Below are positions 9,172 through 27,334 of a DNA stretch of 40,518 nucleotides, one piece after another. The position numbers were made by a program, and so were the translations under genes. The notes under the pieces were generated by a model that searched no databases, was not told the DNA's origin, and was given only the letters and a program-made list of their open reading frames with translations. The stretch spans positions 189,042 through 229,559 of the forward strand of contig JAWQFM010000010.1 of assembly GCA_033442325.1 (NCBI GenBank). The letters are read 5' to 3'. The DNA comes from Salpingoeca rosetta. Lineage: Eukaryota > Protista > Choanoflagellata. Position 1 is the first letter of the stretch, and every line of letters starts with the position of its first letter.

Positions 9172-11950
9172 GCAACACCACCAACAACAGTGTCACATTC
9201 AGACGCTGTTGACAAGCGACTCACCTCCGGATCGCACTGTACGCAGACGCTCGAAACAGGGAACCAGCCATCGCTGCATGCGTCCAGACACATCGAGTCC
9301 TGCAGCACAAGCCCGCCGTCACACGACGTGCACTGGTCATCATCAGGGCCGCTGCACGTGGCACACTGGGCGTTGCACTCCAGGCAGACCAGTTCGTCCT
9401 CGTACGTGCCGTTCGGGCACCCGTATGTGTCGTCAATCAGTGTGCCGTTGAAGAGCAGCTTGCCGAGAGGGGGCTTCTGACAGTCCCGGTCGCCCGGTCC
9501 CCAGCACGCGCCGCCGCAATGCTGCGCACACTGCACCACTTCTGTAGGGGGTGGAGAGCGAAGAGGGGGACAGGGAGGGAAGCAGACGGGTGTTGCGTGA
9601 GTGAACGTGTGCGTGTCTTGAAATGCACAGCCAAACAGAGGCATTTGGACACATACACACACATAAACACAAAGACATACACAGGTACACAGAGACACGC
9701 ATGTACACACGCACATGCACACACACACATACAGACAGACAGATACACACACATACACAGACACACACAGACAGACGTACACACACGACGTGCGCACCTT
9801 TGCGGATTGGGTGGAGGTTGCCGGCGCTCTGGAACGAGGAGATGAGCAGTCCGAAGATGGAGAAGAAAATGCCATTGACACTCGGATCAAGCAGACCGAG
9901 AATCTCAATAGTGGCCGTGGCGTTCACGTCCGCCCAGCGCACGGTGTTGTGCAGCACGAGCAGGTAGTTGTCCACAAACTACATCAGGTGTGGGGGGGGG
10001 GGGAAGGGAGGGACGGAGGTTGGTTGATTATGGGTGAGTGGCAGACACTGCTGATGATAACGACTACAATGCCACGAGCACACACAAATAACCACACACA
10101 CACAAATAACCACACACACACACATACACAAATAACCACACACACACACATTCACACACAAATAACCACACACACACACACACACAAAAACACACACACA
10201 TACACACACACGCACACACAGAATCACTGCCCTGACGGGACTCACGTGCACGTTTGAGTCCTGGGGAAGCGAGCGGAGCCAGCGAAGACCAAGCGTGCCG
10301 AGGAAGTAGTTGGTGTGCACGCTGATGACATCCGTTGGCGGCGCGAGCGAGCTCAGCCAGAGCCCTTGGTCGTTCAGGTCAAGCGTGCCATATACATTGG
10401 CATCGAATCGCTGAACATTTTCCAAAATGGACACCGTCTCCAGCAGCACGCGGTGCACGCTCAGCTCCCCGCCAACGCGCCTGTCAACAACGATGCAATG
10501 CATGTTGTGAGTGAGTGAGTGAGTGAGTGAACGAATGCGTATGCTTGGGTGTTCACGTGTGTCATGTCCTTGCAGCAACACCTGTGCACTCCCCAAACAC
10601 CAACACGGGCGAACCTGAGCTTTGTGGTTGCCTGTGAGATGAGGGATTCGGGCGCAAGGGCGAGGGATGATTCAACGTTGCTCCCGTATGGACGCAGGTG
10701 AACACTACAGGTGTGTGTGTGTATGTGTGTATGTGTGTGTGTGTGTGAGTGTGTGTGTGTGTGTCAGTGTGAGTGTGTGTAAGTGTGTGTGTGAGTGAGT
10801 GCACTGTTGGTATTGCAAAGAGAGATGCAAGACTTGTCATCATCAAACAAACCAAAGGCAAATGAATGGCCACCTGATTTCAAAAAAGAGAATCATGCAT
10901 GCGCTGTTACCTTCCGGGGAGATAGTCGCAGTCTTCCTGCTGAAGCGCCGACAGCTGACACACGTGCGTCAAATCGTACACAGACGTGCACACTGCAACC
11001 AGCAGAAGGAGGAGGGGCGGGCGAGGAGCGGAGAGTGAGACGTAGGAAAAGGATGAGTTACGAGCCAATTCAACAGCGCTGCATCACCACACACGCAAAC
11101 ACACACGCACACAACACACACGCACACAACACACACACACACGCACACACACACATACACACACACACACACACACGCACACGCACACACACACACGCAC
11201 GACGCACACACACACACGCACGACGCACACACACACACGCACGACGTACTCTCCTTCCACAGAGAGACTTGTCGCACCTGTGTAGTCTGGTGCCGGCGTG
11301 CACTGGCCGTCGACAGCTGCGTATCCGCTCGGACAGCGCACGCGGCACTCGCCGGCAAACAGGGCGGTGCGGCGATCACATGCTGGTGTGCAGTAGAAGA
11401 ACGCGTCCTCGTACGTGACAGCACCGGACACGGGGTCGCTGGTGCAGTTGGCAACGGCGACAGCCTCAAAGCCAGCCGCCATTGTGCTGGCAGGGCAGGT
11501 GGGCACGCAGGCTCCGGTGGCGGTACGCAAGTGGTTTGCAGCGCACGCGTAGCACTGTGTTGAGCCAGAGGCATCGAAGCAACCGCCCGCACACGTGGAG
11601 GGGCAGCAGGTAGCTGCTGTCGCATGGCACCCAGCGGCACCACAGGCACCAGCATCGCACACTACACGGGAAGGGATGGGGTAAGGAGAGAGAGAGAGAG
11701 GGGAGGGGGGGGGGTGAGGGTTGAGGGGTAACAAAGCAGCTGGTATGATTGCCGTGATGTGATTGTGGTTTGGGGGGGGGGAGCAGCATGGAGGACTCAA
11801 CGCAATTGAGCAGAGATGCGGAAATGCAATGCAAATAGATGCAAACAAAGTGCATGGCATAGCGCGCGCACACATCACACATACATACATACATACACAC
11901 ACATCACACGCACACACCACACACACACACCACATAGCATCACATAGCAC

Positions 11951-12013
<63 letters not shown>

Positions 12014-13187
12014 GCTTGGCAGCTGGATGGAGCAGCGTCCCAGCAAGCGTCGCACGCCGCGTTACAAAAGGGCCCGCCACACGCCGTGTCCTCCGTAAAG
12101 ACGACACTCCAGTCGCCCACGTCAATGGTGACCACCCCGCTGCTTGTCTGCGGCGCGGATACGGGCCCGGAGAGCAGCGCGGTGAAGTTTGCGCCTTCCT
12201 GGGCAGCCTGGCTGGCGGTCCCAAAGCCAAGGCACGTGGTGGAGAGGGACGCATCGCGCGTGAACCGCACGGATCCGCGCTCAACTGTCTGCAGGGACGT
12301 GAGGCTTAGGGCCGTGAAGGGCGGGGAGGCACCGTTGTCGGCCGACACGTCCACGGAGATGGCATACTCGTCATTGTACAGGTACCGCCCGCGCACAACG
12401 CCGAGGCTGCCGAAGAAGCTGAGGTCGGTGAAACAGGACGCATCGTGGACCTGTTGGGTTGGCGCACACCCACGTGAGCAATTTAAGGCAGAACCAGAGT
12501 ATCGAGGCAACAACCACATGCGGGCAGGCAGAGGAGGGGGTGTTGTTGCTCAAGCACACGAGCATGAAAAACGAGCAGACACAGACGCAGACACACAGAC
12601 ACACACACATGCAGACACACACACACAGACACAGACAGAGACAGAGACCGACACACACACACACACACACAGACAGACAGAGACAGACAGACAGACAGAC
12701 AGACAGACCAGACACAGACACACACACGCGCGCGTCGTACCACAAGGTAGCCGCGGATTTCGGTGAGATCGCTGAGGCTGGCTTGAAGCTGCGCCACAAT
12801 GCCGCTGAAATCGGCATGGCCACACAGATCGGCCGTAAACTCCAAGCTGCCGTCGAAGATGGTTGTGTTGGCAAGAAGCTCCACATCACTCACAGACGTG
12901 GTTTGGGAAATGACCAGAGGTCGGCCAGGCAAGCCTGAACGCCAGGACAGGCAAGGGCATGCAGCGCCAAGCACGTTAGTACAACCGCAAAGACAGCACG
13001 GACAACAAGGACAACAAAGACAGCACAGCACGGGTGTGTGTGTGTGTGTGTGTGCACATGCAGGGGAGGCAGACTTGCCTTTGACAAAGGATGCTTCAGC
13101 AGTGGCGGCAACAGCAGTGCCAACACTGCCAATGCCAACCAGGACGACAGCCATCGCACAGAGCGCCAGCGCAGCTGGGCGTGCCAT
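5090..13187 (-). CDS. Receptor tyrosine kinase, ~1442 aa: signal peptide - Receptor L - furin-like CR - Receptor L - furin-like CR - Cys-rich SDRxC repeats - EGF - TM - tyrosine kinase - acidic YD[L/M]G tail
   Basis: 16 exons, all phases compatible, total 4329 nt: 13187-13079, 12934-12741, 12450-12012, 11661-11278, 10992-10911, 10704-10615, 10480-10246, 9978-9798, 9541-9225, 8855-8674, 8376-7350, 7170-7085, 6857-6774, 6501-6429, 6170-6042, 5806-5090. Kinase motifs GEGHFGKV, VAVK, HRDLAARN, DFG, KWMAPE, SDVWSFGV, CW. TM VVAGAGVGAGLLLLIVLLVALFIL followed by RK. Confidence 0.93.
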
Positions 13188-13578
13188 CGTGACTGGTTCG
13201 TGTGGGTGGGTATGTGTGTGTGTGTGTGTGTGTCGGTGTGAACCAAGGACGCCCCTTTCGCTGTCCTTTCGCTGTTGATCTTCTTCCTTGGTTGGTTGTC
13301 AGATGTGGGAAACACAAACAAGGCCAGCCGGCTAACTCGCTCGGCGCGTGAGGCAGAGGGAAAATGCAGGCTGCAGTCGCAGGCGCGCGCACACACACAC
13401 ACACACACACGCTGCTGTGGATGGATGGAGGAAGGAGGCGGTGTGGGCAATGCGGCGTTGTTTGGATGCGTGGCGAGGCTGAGGTGGAAGTGGGTGTGGA
13501 TGCCTGCACCGCGCCGCCAGCGTTGTTCAAATACATGACTTAAAATGGAGAAAAAGATAGATTTTAATGGGGCAACAA

Positions 13579-20512
<6,934 letters not shown>

Positions 20513-21189
20513 CCTTGGGCTGCGTACGTGTTTACGTGTGTGTGGGCGGTTGCTGCGATGTGGGAGGCGCTTGGTTGTGGCAGTGAAGGGGAGGGGGTGT
20601 GGGGGTTGTGGTCTGTGCTGCCAAGCAAGATGTAAGTCGTATGTTGTGTGTGTGGTCGTGGAGCACGTTGTCTCTTCGTCTTGTCCGCCCTCGCGCTTGC
20701 TGAACCAAAAAAAAAAGTGGCGTTATTCTGACGGCTGATTTGATGCGAGGGTAATTGTGGATAGGACGTGGTGGTGTATGACTCGCAGCTGGATGTAGAC
20801 AATTGTGGAACAACATCCTGGAATAATCGACATGGGCCGTGCCTTTTTTCACGTGAGGGTGAGTGCCTGCGTGCGTGCTCTCCCCCATATGAGAGACAGC
20901 TCGCGGCTTGCTGATGGATGTGGTGCTGTGTGTCTGTGTGTGTGTATCTGTGTCTGTGTGTCTGTGTCTGTGTGTCTGTGTCTGTGGGGGTGTGAACGAT
21001 GTCGCGCTTCGTGGATGCACACAACGTGTGTATGTGTGTGTGTGTGTCTCTCTCTGCGCTTCACCACGCCAGCAGCAACCATCGAACAAATCAAGCAACA
21101 GCAACAACATCCATCCATCCATCCATGCATCCATCCATGCATCCACACAGTGCATGCTCACGCAACCTCTGTTCAATGTTTGTGCAGCG

Positions 21190-21206
21190 TCCTTCCCCCT
21201 TCCTTC
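21190..21206 (+). promoter_or_regulatory. Pyrimidine tract; candidate 5'-TOP/TCT-type start of RPL37A
   Basis: 17 consecutive pyrimidines (TCCTTCCCCCTTCCTTC) end 31 nt before the ATG of a ribosomal protein gene. The TSS is not known. Confidence 0.5.
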
Positions 21207-21237
21207 GGTGCAGCAGACTCCAACCCAACACAACACA

Positions 21238-22100
21238 ATGGCCCGTCACACCAAGAAGGTCGGCGTTGTCGGCAAGTACGGCACCCGCTACGGTTCTTCC
21301 CTGCGTAAGCAGGTGAAGAAGATGGAGATCTCCCAGCACGCCACATACGTCTGCAGCTTCTGCGGCAAGGTGCGTCGCTTTCAAGACAACGTGGCTATCT
21401 GCATGTGTGTGTGTGTTTCTGTCTTTGTTTCTGTCTGTCTTGTGTGTGTTGTTGTGTGTTCATTGTTGAAAGGTTTTGTGTATCGTCTACTGTAATTGTG
21501 CATCGTCTACTGTAATTGTGCATCGTCTGCTGTTGTTGTGTATCGAATGATGTTGTGTAGTGTGGGTGATGTGGTTCCTCTGTGTCTGTGTGCACGCTTT
21601 CATGTTTCCGTTGCGGATCGTGTATGTTGTACACGAGTCAGTGTCAGTGTGGGAGCAGTAGCAAGCGTGCACACATGTGATATGGTCTTTGGATGTGCGC
21701 CGTTTGATTTGTGCACACATACACACACACACACACGCATCGAGCACGCTGTTTATTGTTTGTTTGTGCGGGTATTCAGTTGGTTGTGTCCGAGGCCGCT
21801 CTCGTTGCTCTTGTTACAGCTACGGTGAATTCAGTTGCTCGCTGTCATCTCACTCACTCACCACCACGTCTTGTTTCTGTCCTCGCCACGCACCCCAAAA
21901 TACACACACACACACACGCATGTACAACCCGTACGCACACGAACCTTACACAGACCTCCGTCAAGCGCAAGGCCGTCGGCATCTGGCATTGCAAGCAGTG
22001 CCGTAAGACCGTTGCAGGTGGCGCATACACCTTGGGCACCCCAGCAGCCGCCACGGTCCGCGCGTCGATCCGCCGTCTGCGCGAGAACCAGGGCCTGTAA
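21238..22100 (+). CDS. RPL37A: 60S ribosomal protein L37a (eL43), 92 aa, 2 exons (21238-21369, 21954-22100)
   Basis: [44 protein letters not shown] / [25 protein letters not shown]; C4 zinc ribbon; phase-0 GT-AG intron. Confidence 0.98.
21476..21545. repeat. 20-bp tandem repeat x~3.5 (TTGTGYATCGTCTACTGTAA) in the RPL37A intron
   Basis: Units start at 21476, 21496, 21516 and 21536 (partial). Confidence 0.85.
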
Positions 22101-22474
22101 GCGTGGTCTCCGTGTCTTGTCAATGTCCCCCCTCACCGTGTTTCTTCCTTTTGGCTCTTTGCATTGTCCTTCCCTTTGAACCACATGTGACCTGAGCCGT
22201 TTCCATACAGTACAAAGGTTGGACCTCACACCTTCATCATTCCCATGAGTCGTTCGTTTAATTCTCATAGCGTGCAGAAGAGAGAGGAGGGGGGGGGGGT
22301 TGTTGTTGATGATGAGTGTGTGATGGCATCATGAGGGGAGAGATGAGAGAACCGTGAGAGGCTAGGCTGCGTGAGGGGAAAGGTGAGGGAAATGCAAGCA
22401 CGTGGACGTCCTGGTTATGAGAGGGATGCTAGAGGTGTGTGTGTGTGTGTGTGCATGTCAGCCCAAGCTGCATC

Positions 22475-22654
22475 TCAGCCGAGCATGCATGGTCTTGGCG
22501 GTGATGTGATGCCAACACGTGCAAGCAGATTGTCCACAAACCTGAACGCACGCACGCACGCACACACGCACGCGCATACAGTGAGTGGGAAAGCGTTGCA
22601 GAACATCTTAAGCCAACAAACACGAATGTCAAATCACCACACACACACGCACAC

Positions 22655-22733
<79 letters not shown>

Positions 22734-22965
22734 AATTGGCTGTCTTACCGCAACTCGTCCTCCAACTGCCGCATGCGCTGCACGAGCTGGCGTGTGATTC
22801 GGTCTTGGCACGCTGTCACAGACGTGGGCGAGGAAGGGGAGTGAGCATCCAAGATAAACACATTGTCTAGAAGCACGCGCGCGCGCGCGTGTGTGTGTGT
22901 GTGATTGAAGGCAAGGCAGAGGAACTAACGACAAACCTTGTTCGTTTAAGATGAGAATGGACGCC

Positions 22966-23035
<70 letters not shown>

Positions 23036-23281
23036 GCTGCTGCTGCTGTTGTTGTTGTTGTTGTCGCTGCTGCTGCTGCTGCTGTTGTTGTTGCTGTCGC
23101 AGGCTTTCTTGCTGCTGCCGCTGCTGCTGTACACGTTGACATTGTGGCTGTTGAGTTGATGGGCATGGCCTTTCGGGAGTTGTGGCAACGCCGCGTCCAT
23201 CCCAGTCGTCAGTACCATCGTCGTTCACTCCAAAGCACTCAGCGTGCACGTGCGCGTGCTTGCATGATGGATGTGCGACCC

Positions 23282-23327
<46 letters not shown>

Positions 23328-23988
23328 GTGCTGTTGCTGTGGGTGACAGGGATTGCGGCGGCAACAAGGACACATGCACGCGTACCGGTCACCATCGTGG
23401 CTAACGCGCTCCAAATCGTGCTGCCGTGGTTGCTCATGTGGCATACGAAGGTGCATGAAAGGCGGTCGTGCAGCTGCTGGCACGCCGCGCCAACACGGTA
23501 GATGCACGCCAAGCGCCGTGTCCCGCCTTGACACGCCTGAGGCTGCTTGCGCTTGCGGTACAGCTGGTGGTGTAGGTTGCGACATAGCTGTTGGCGCGTG
23601 TTGTACGAGTGTGTGAGTGGTGCTGAACAGCCGCTTCTTTGCTGCGGTAGTCGCAGAGGGAGCAGCACGACGCTCACCCTGCGCGTGCAATGGTTGCTGC
23701 AATGGCTGCCTCGAAAGCAATGGCGGCGGCTGGCGCTGGTGCTGGTGCTGGTGCTGGTGCTGGTGCTGCTTCGCAGGCGCTTGCGCTGTTACTGCCTGGT
23801 TTCCTGCAAGCATTTCCCGCACGCGGCGCGCAGCATCGATGGCTCGCGTGCTGCACGGCAACACACAACAACACGACAGATGGCAAGCAGCAAAGTCGTT
23901 GAGACTTGGGTGGAAATGGGAGCACTAACACAAGCCTATGTTTTCACGCAAGTGCACACACAAACAAGTGCATGCACACACACGCACG

Positions 23989-24028
<40 letters not shown>

Positions 24029-25291
24029 CACACACACACGCACGCACACATTACCTGTTGAGAAGGACAAGCCGCGTTCTCTCCTCCAGTTTGCGTGTGC
24101 TTGGCGAAACGTCTGCGTCGCTTATCGTTTCTTCGTCGTCGTCATCATCGTCATCATCACCTTCACTGTTACCGCGATGCCGGCGCCGATGCTGATGGCG
24201 CTGATGCAAGCGTTCGTGCAGCGGAGTGCTTGCTCTGTGGATGGAGGACGATGGGGATGAAGCAAAGGACGATACAGACGACGTTGGAGACGCTGGAGAA
24301 GAAACGGCTGCACTGCGTGATGATGTCCCATGTTGCTGCTGTCGCTGTGGTTGTGGTTGATCTTGCTGTTGGCGTGCTCGCCTTCTGCTTGCACGCTGTG
24401 CAGATGCTGAAGCCGTGGCGCTCGCATGGTGCAATGGAGAGTTTTCAGAAGAGGAGGACGAAGAGAGGTCAAGATTGCGGTTCACCTCACGCCTGAGATC
24501 CGGCTTGTCTTCCTCATTGGGAACCCACGGGTTGGACTGCTGCTCTGTTGGCCGCTTGCTGCTCCTGGTTGCAGCTGGCGATACAACTTCTTGCTTTAAC
24601 CACCAGAATTCGTCTTTCTCTTGATCTGGCGCTCGAATGCGCTGTCGTGTTTCTCGGCTGCCGGTGTTTGCGTATGTGAGTGAGTGTCTAAATGTGTATG
24701 TGAGAGAGAGCGGATGTGTGTAAGTGTGTGAGTATACTTGTGAGAGTGTGCATGCATGTATGTGTGTGAGTGTGTGTAAGTGTGTGCGTGTAAGTATCCT
24801 TGTGTGTGTTTGCGTGTGTGCATGCACGTTTGTTTTCATGTATGCGTGTGAGAGTGCGCACATCCGTTCCACCCGTACCTTGTGGGTGGTGCGTTGCGAA
24901 AGCGTTGGATGTACCGAGCAATGGTGCTCTCACTGCTGCTTGCGTGTGAACCGTCTGCGCCATCATCGCTGTGCTGACCAGCGCCACCAGCTTCATCCTC
25001 GCTGCTCGATGCCGGCGGCGACTGCACGCGAACTCTTCGCGCCCGTGCCCGCCTCATCTGTTGTAGGAGCTGGTCCTTGCCTGCGCCATGCTTGTCTTTC
25101 TTCGCCTCATCATTGTTGTCATTGTCGTCGTCGTCTGTGCTTGTGCGGATGATGGTTGACGATGCTGCAGCTGCTGTTGTTGCGGGGTGAGGCACACGCT
25201 TGCGTGGTGGGGATGGCCAGTAATGCGCCTGTGTTTGCCCCTTTGTTCCATCCTCATTGCCATCCTCTGCGAAGATGCCTTTTCCTTCCAT
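22475..25291 (-). CDS. PROSER3: Proline/serine-rich protein 3-like, low complexity with polyQ
   Basis: Spliced motif ESTIARYIQRFRNAPPTSRETR...EFWWL matches the PROSER3 signature (YIxRFRxAxPTSREER...FWWL); also LEERTRLVLL. Proposed exons 25291-24879, 24657-24055, 23850-22937, 22812-22749, 22541-22475; the 3' exons are tentative. Confidence 0.7.
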
Positions 25292-25333
25292 CCCGTGTGT
25301 GTGTTGTTGTTGTTGTTGTTGTTGTTGTTTAAG

Positions 25334-25368
<35 letters not shown>

Positions 25369-26231
25369 GCTGCTGCTGCTGCTGCTATCGTTGCTCCCGT
25401 CCCGCGCTGGCTGTCTGCCGCTGCGCTGTCTGCCTTCACCACCACCACGGCCACAACCACAACCACCGTTTTCAAACTGTTCCCGGCGCTATCAAAAAGG
25501 ACTACACTTTGTGTTGTTGTTAAGTAAATCTGCCTCAAAAAAATTTTTTTTTTATTCCGTGTCCCACCCGATTTGCACACGTGTCTTGTGTCCGGGGTTT
25601 GGGTGTGTTCTTCTGCTTGTGTTGTGTTGCTTCGTCTTCTTCGCCTTGGTTGTGGTTGGTGGTGAGGTTTTTGTTGGGGTTGTTTGTTGTTGTGGTTGTC
25701 CTGCCCTTTTTGTGGCTTGTGGCTTGTTGCATGTGTTCTTCGTGTGCGGCGAAAAAAGAAAAAGGGGCAAAAGCGAATACGCGCACCACCACACCATCTG
25801 CCTCACATGCACACGCACACACAGACAAGACAAGACACAGTCCGCCAATCCACTGCGACCGTCCCATGCGCAAACAAAAGCAAACAGCTGTGTGGTTGTC
25901 TTCTCTTTCGCTCCCTCCTCCCTCCTCCTGCCGAGTGGGCGAACCTCTCACCCGTGTGAATTTTGACACGGCACAAGCAAGCAAGCAAAGAGAAGCGCTC
26001 GCTGACTTGCTTCGGGCTTGCGGGTTTTGTTGGTTCTTTTTTTTCTTCGCCCGTGCGTGCGTGCGTGTGTGTGTGTGTGTGTGGGCGGCTGATTGCGGGT
26101 TTTTTGCGTTCCCCACCACCACCACCACCGCTCGCTGCCTCCCTCACCAGCTGGTAGGGAGAAGGAAGCAACAACAAACAACAACCTCCTTTCTCCTCCA
26201 TCCACCCACCCTATTTGTCTGGGCCATCACC

Positions 26232-26277
<46 letters not shown>

Positions 26278-26840
26278 CTCTTGTTGGTGGGTGTGTAGGT
26301 CACCCTGTTTCGGCATCCGCCACGACTTTTTGCTTGCTTGTCGGCTGACCGCCCGTCGACGTCATCCGCCCTTTCTTTCCCTCTGGCATCGATCGCCGGC
26401 ACCTACTTGACTTGCGGCCACAATCCTCACACCCAATACGACCGCCATCGGCACACACACCGCAGTGAGCGCACATGGATGTCAAGCACCACCAACATTG
26501 AAAACCTCACATTCGCTTCGCTCCCCATATCAGGCCTCTCCATCACTCACAATCCTGATCCTCATCCACATCCACCAGTCCAGCCGCGACCACGCTGCAG
26601 CACGCGTTTCCGCACCAGCAGCACAATCACTCAACACCATCCTTGGCAGTTTCCCCTCCTCGATCCATTCAACCCAACACATCGCTTTTGCTGTGCAGTG
26701 TTGCTCAAAGGCACGCGGTAAGGCGAGAAGGCGGGCCAAGTAGCACCCGCGCGCAACCAGCGTGAGGTGTTGTTACACACCAAAACATCACACTTCTCCA
26801 AGCACAGCCCCCCGCGCCCAGCAGCACGCCACAGGTCGGC

Positions 26841-27279
26841 ATGGGCGCGGGTCACACCCCAAGCTCACAGCGATCATCAGCCGCAACAACCGCGCAGCTG
26901 TCCACCCCATCCTCACAATCACAACAACCACAACCACCGGCATCACAAAGCATAGCACGCACGCCTTCCAGCGCCGCTCCAGCGTCAACCACACCAAACA
27001 ACAACAACAGCAACAACAACAGCAATAGCAACAGCACCACACCCCTGGCCACAACAGCAACAACTACAACAACAGCAGCAGGGCCGAGCAATGCCATTGC
27101 CTCAACGTCAAAGGCCAGCGGTGGCAGCAACAGCATACCAGTCACTCCGAGCACGTCCACCACTGCCTCCAGCTTGAAACAGCAACCACCAGCTGACCGC
27201 ATTGTGCCGAAGCGCTCCTCCACGTCCTCGCCTGCATCATCCTCCTCACCCTCTGCCTCCCCTCCGTTCATTGACAAGC

Positions 27280-27334
<55 letters not shown>

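Noticed and set aside
11245-11277. Alternative RTK donor GA|GTACGT at 11250
   Set aside because: It puts the next exon out of the frame that encodes the L2 start (CDYLPGSVHL); the donor at 11278 keeps all phases consistent.
5090-13187. Naming the RTK EGFR, INSR or FGFR
   Set aside because: Ectodomain and kinase point to different animal families, so orthology cannot be assigned without phylogeny.
21544-21600. Box C-like AATGATG in the RPL37A intron (C/D snoRNA)
   Set aside because: No CTGA box D found downstream within the intron.
25537-25553. A7-T10 quasi-palindrome between the divergent PROSER3-like and KANSL1-like genes
   Set aside because: Could be a nucleosome-excluding promoter tract, but a single short homopolymer pair is too weak to call.
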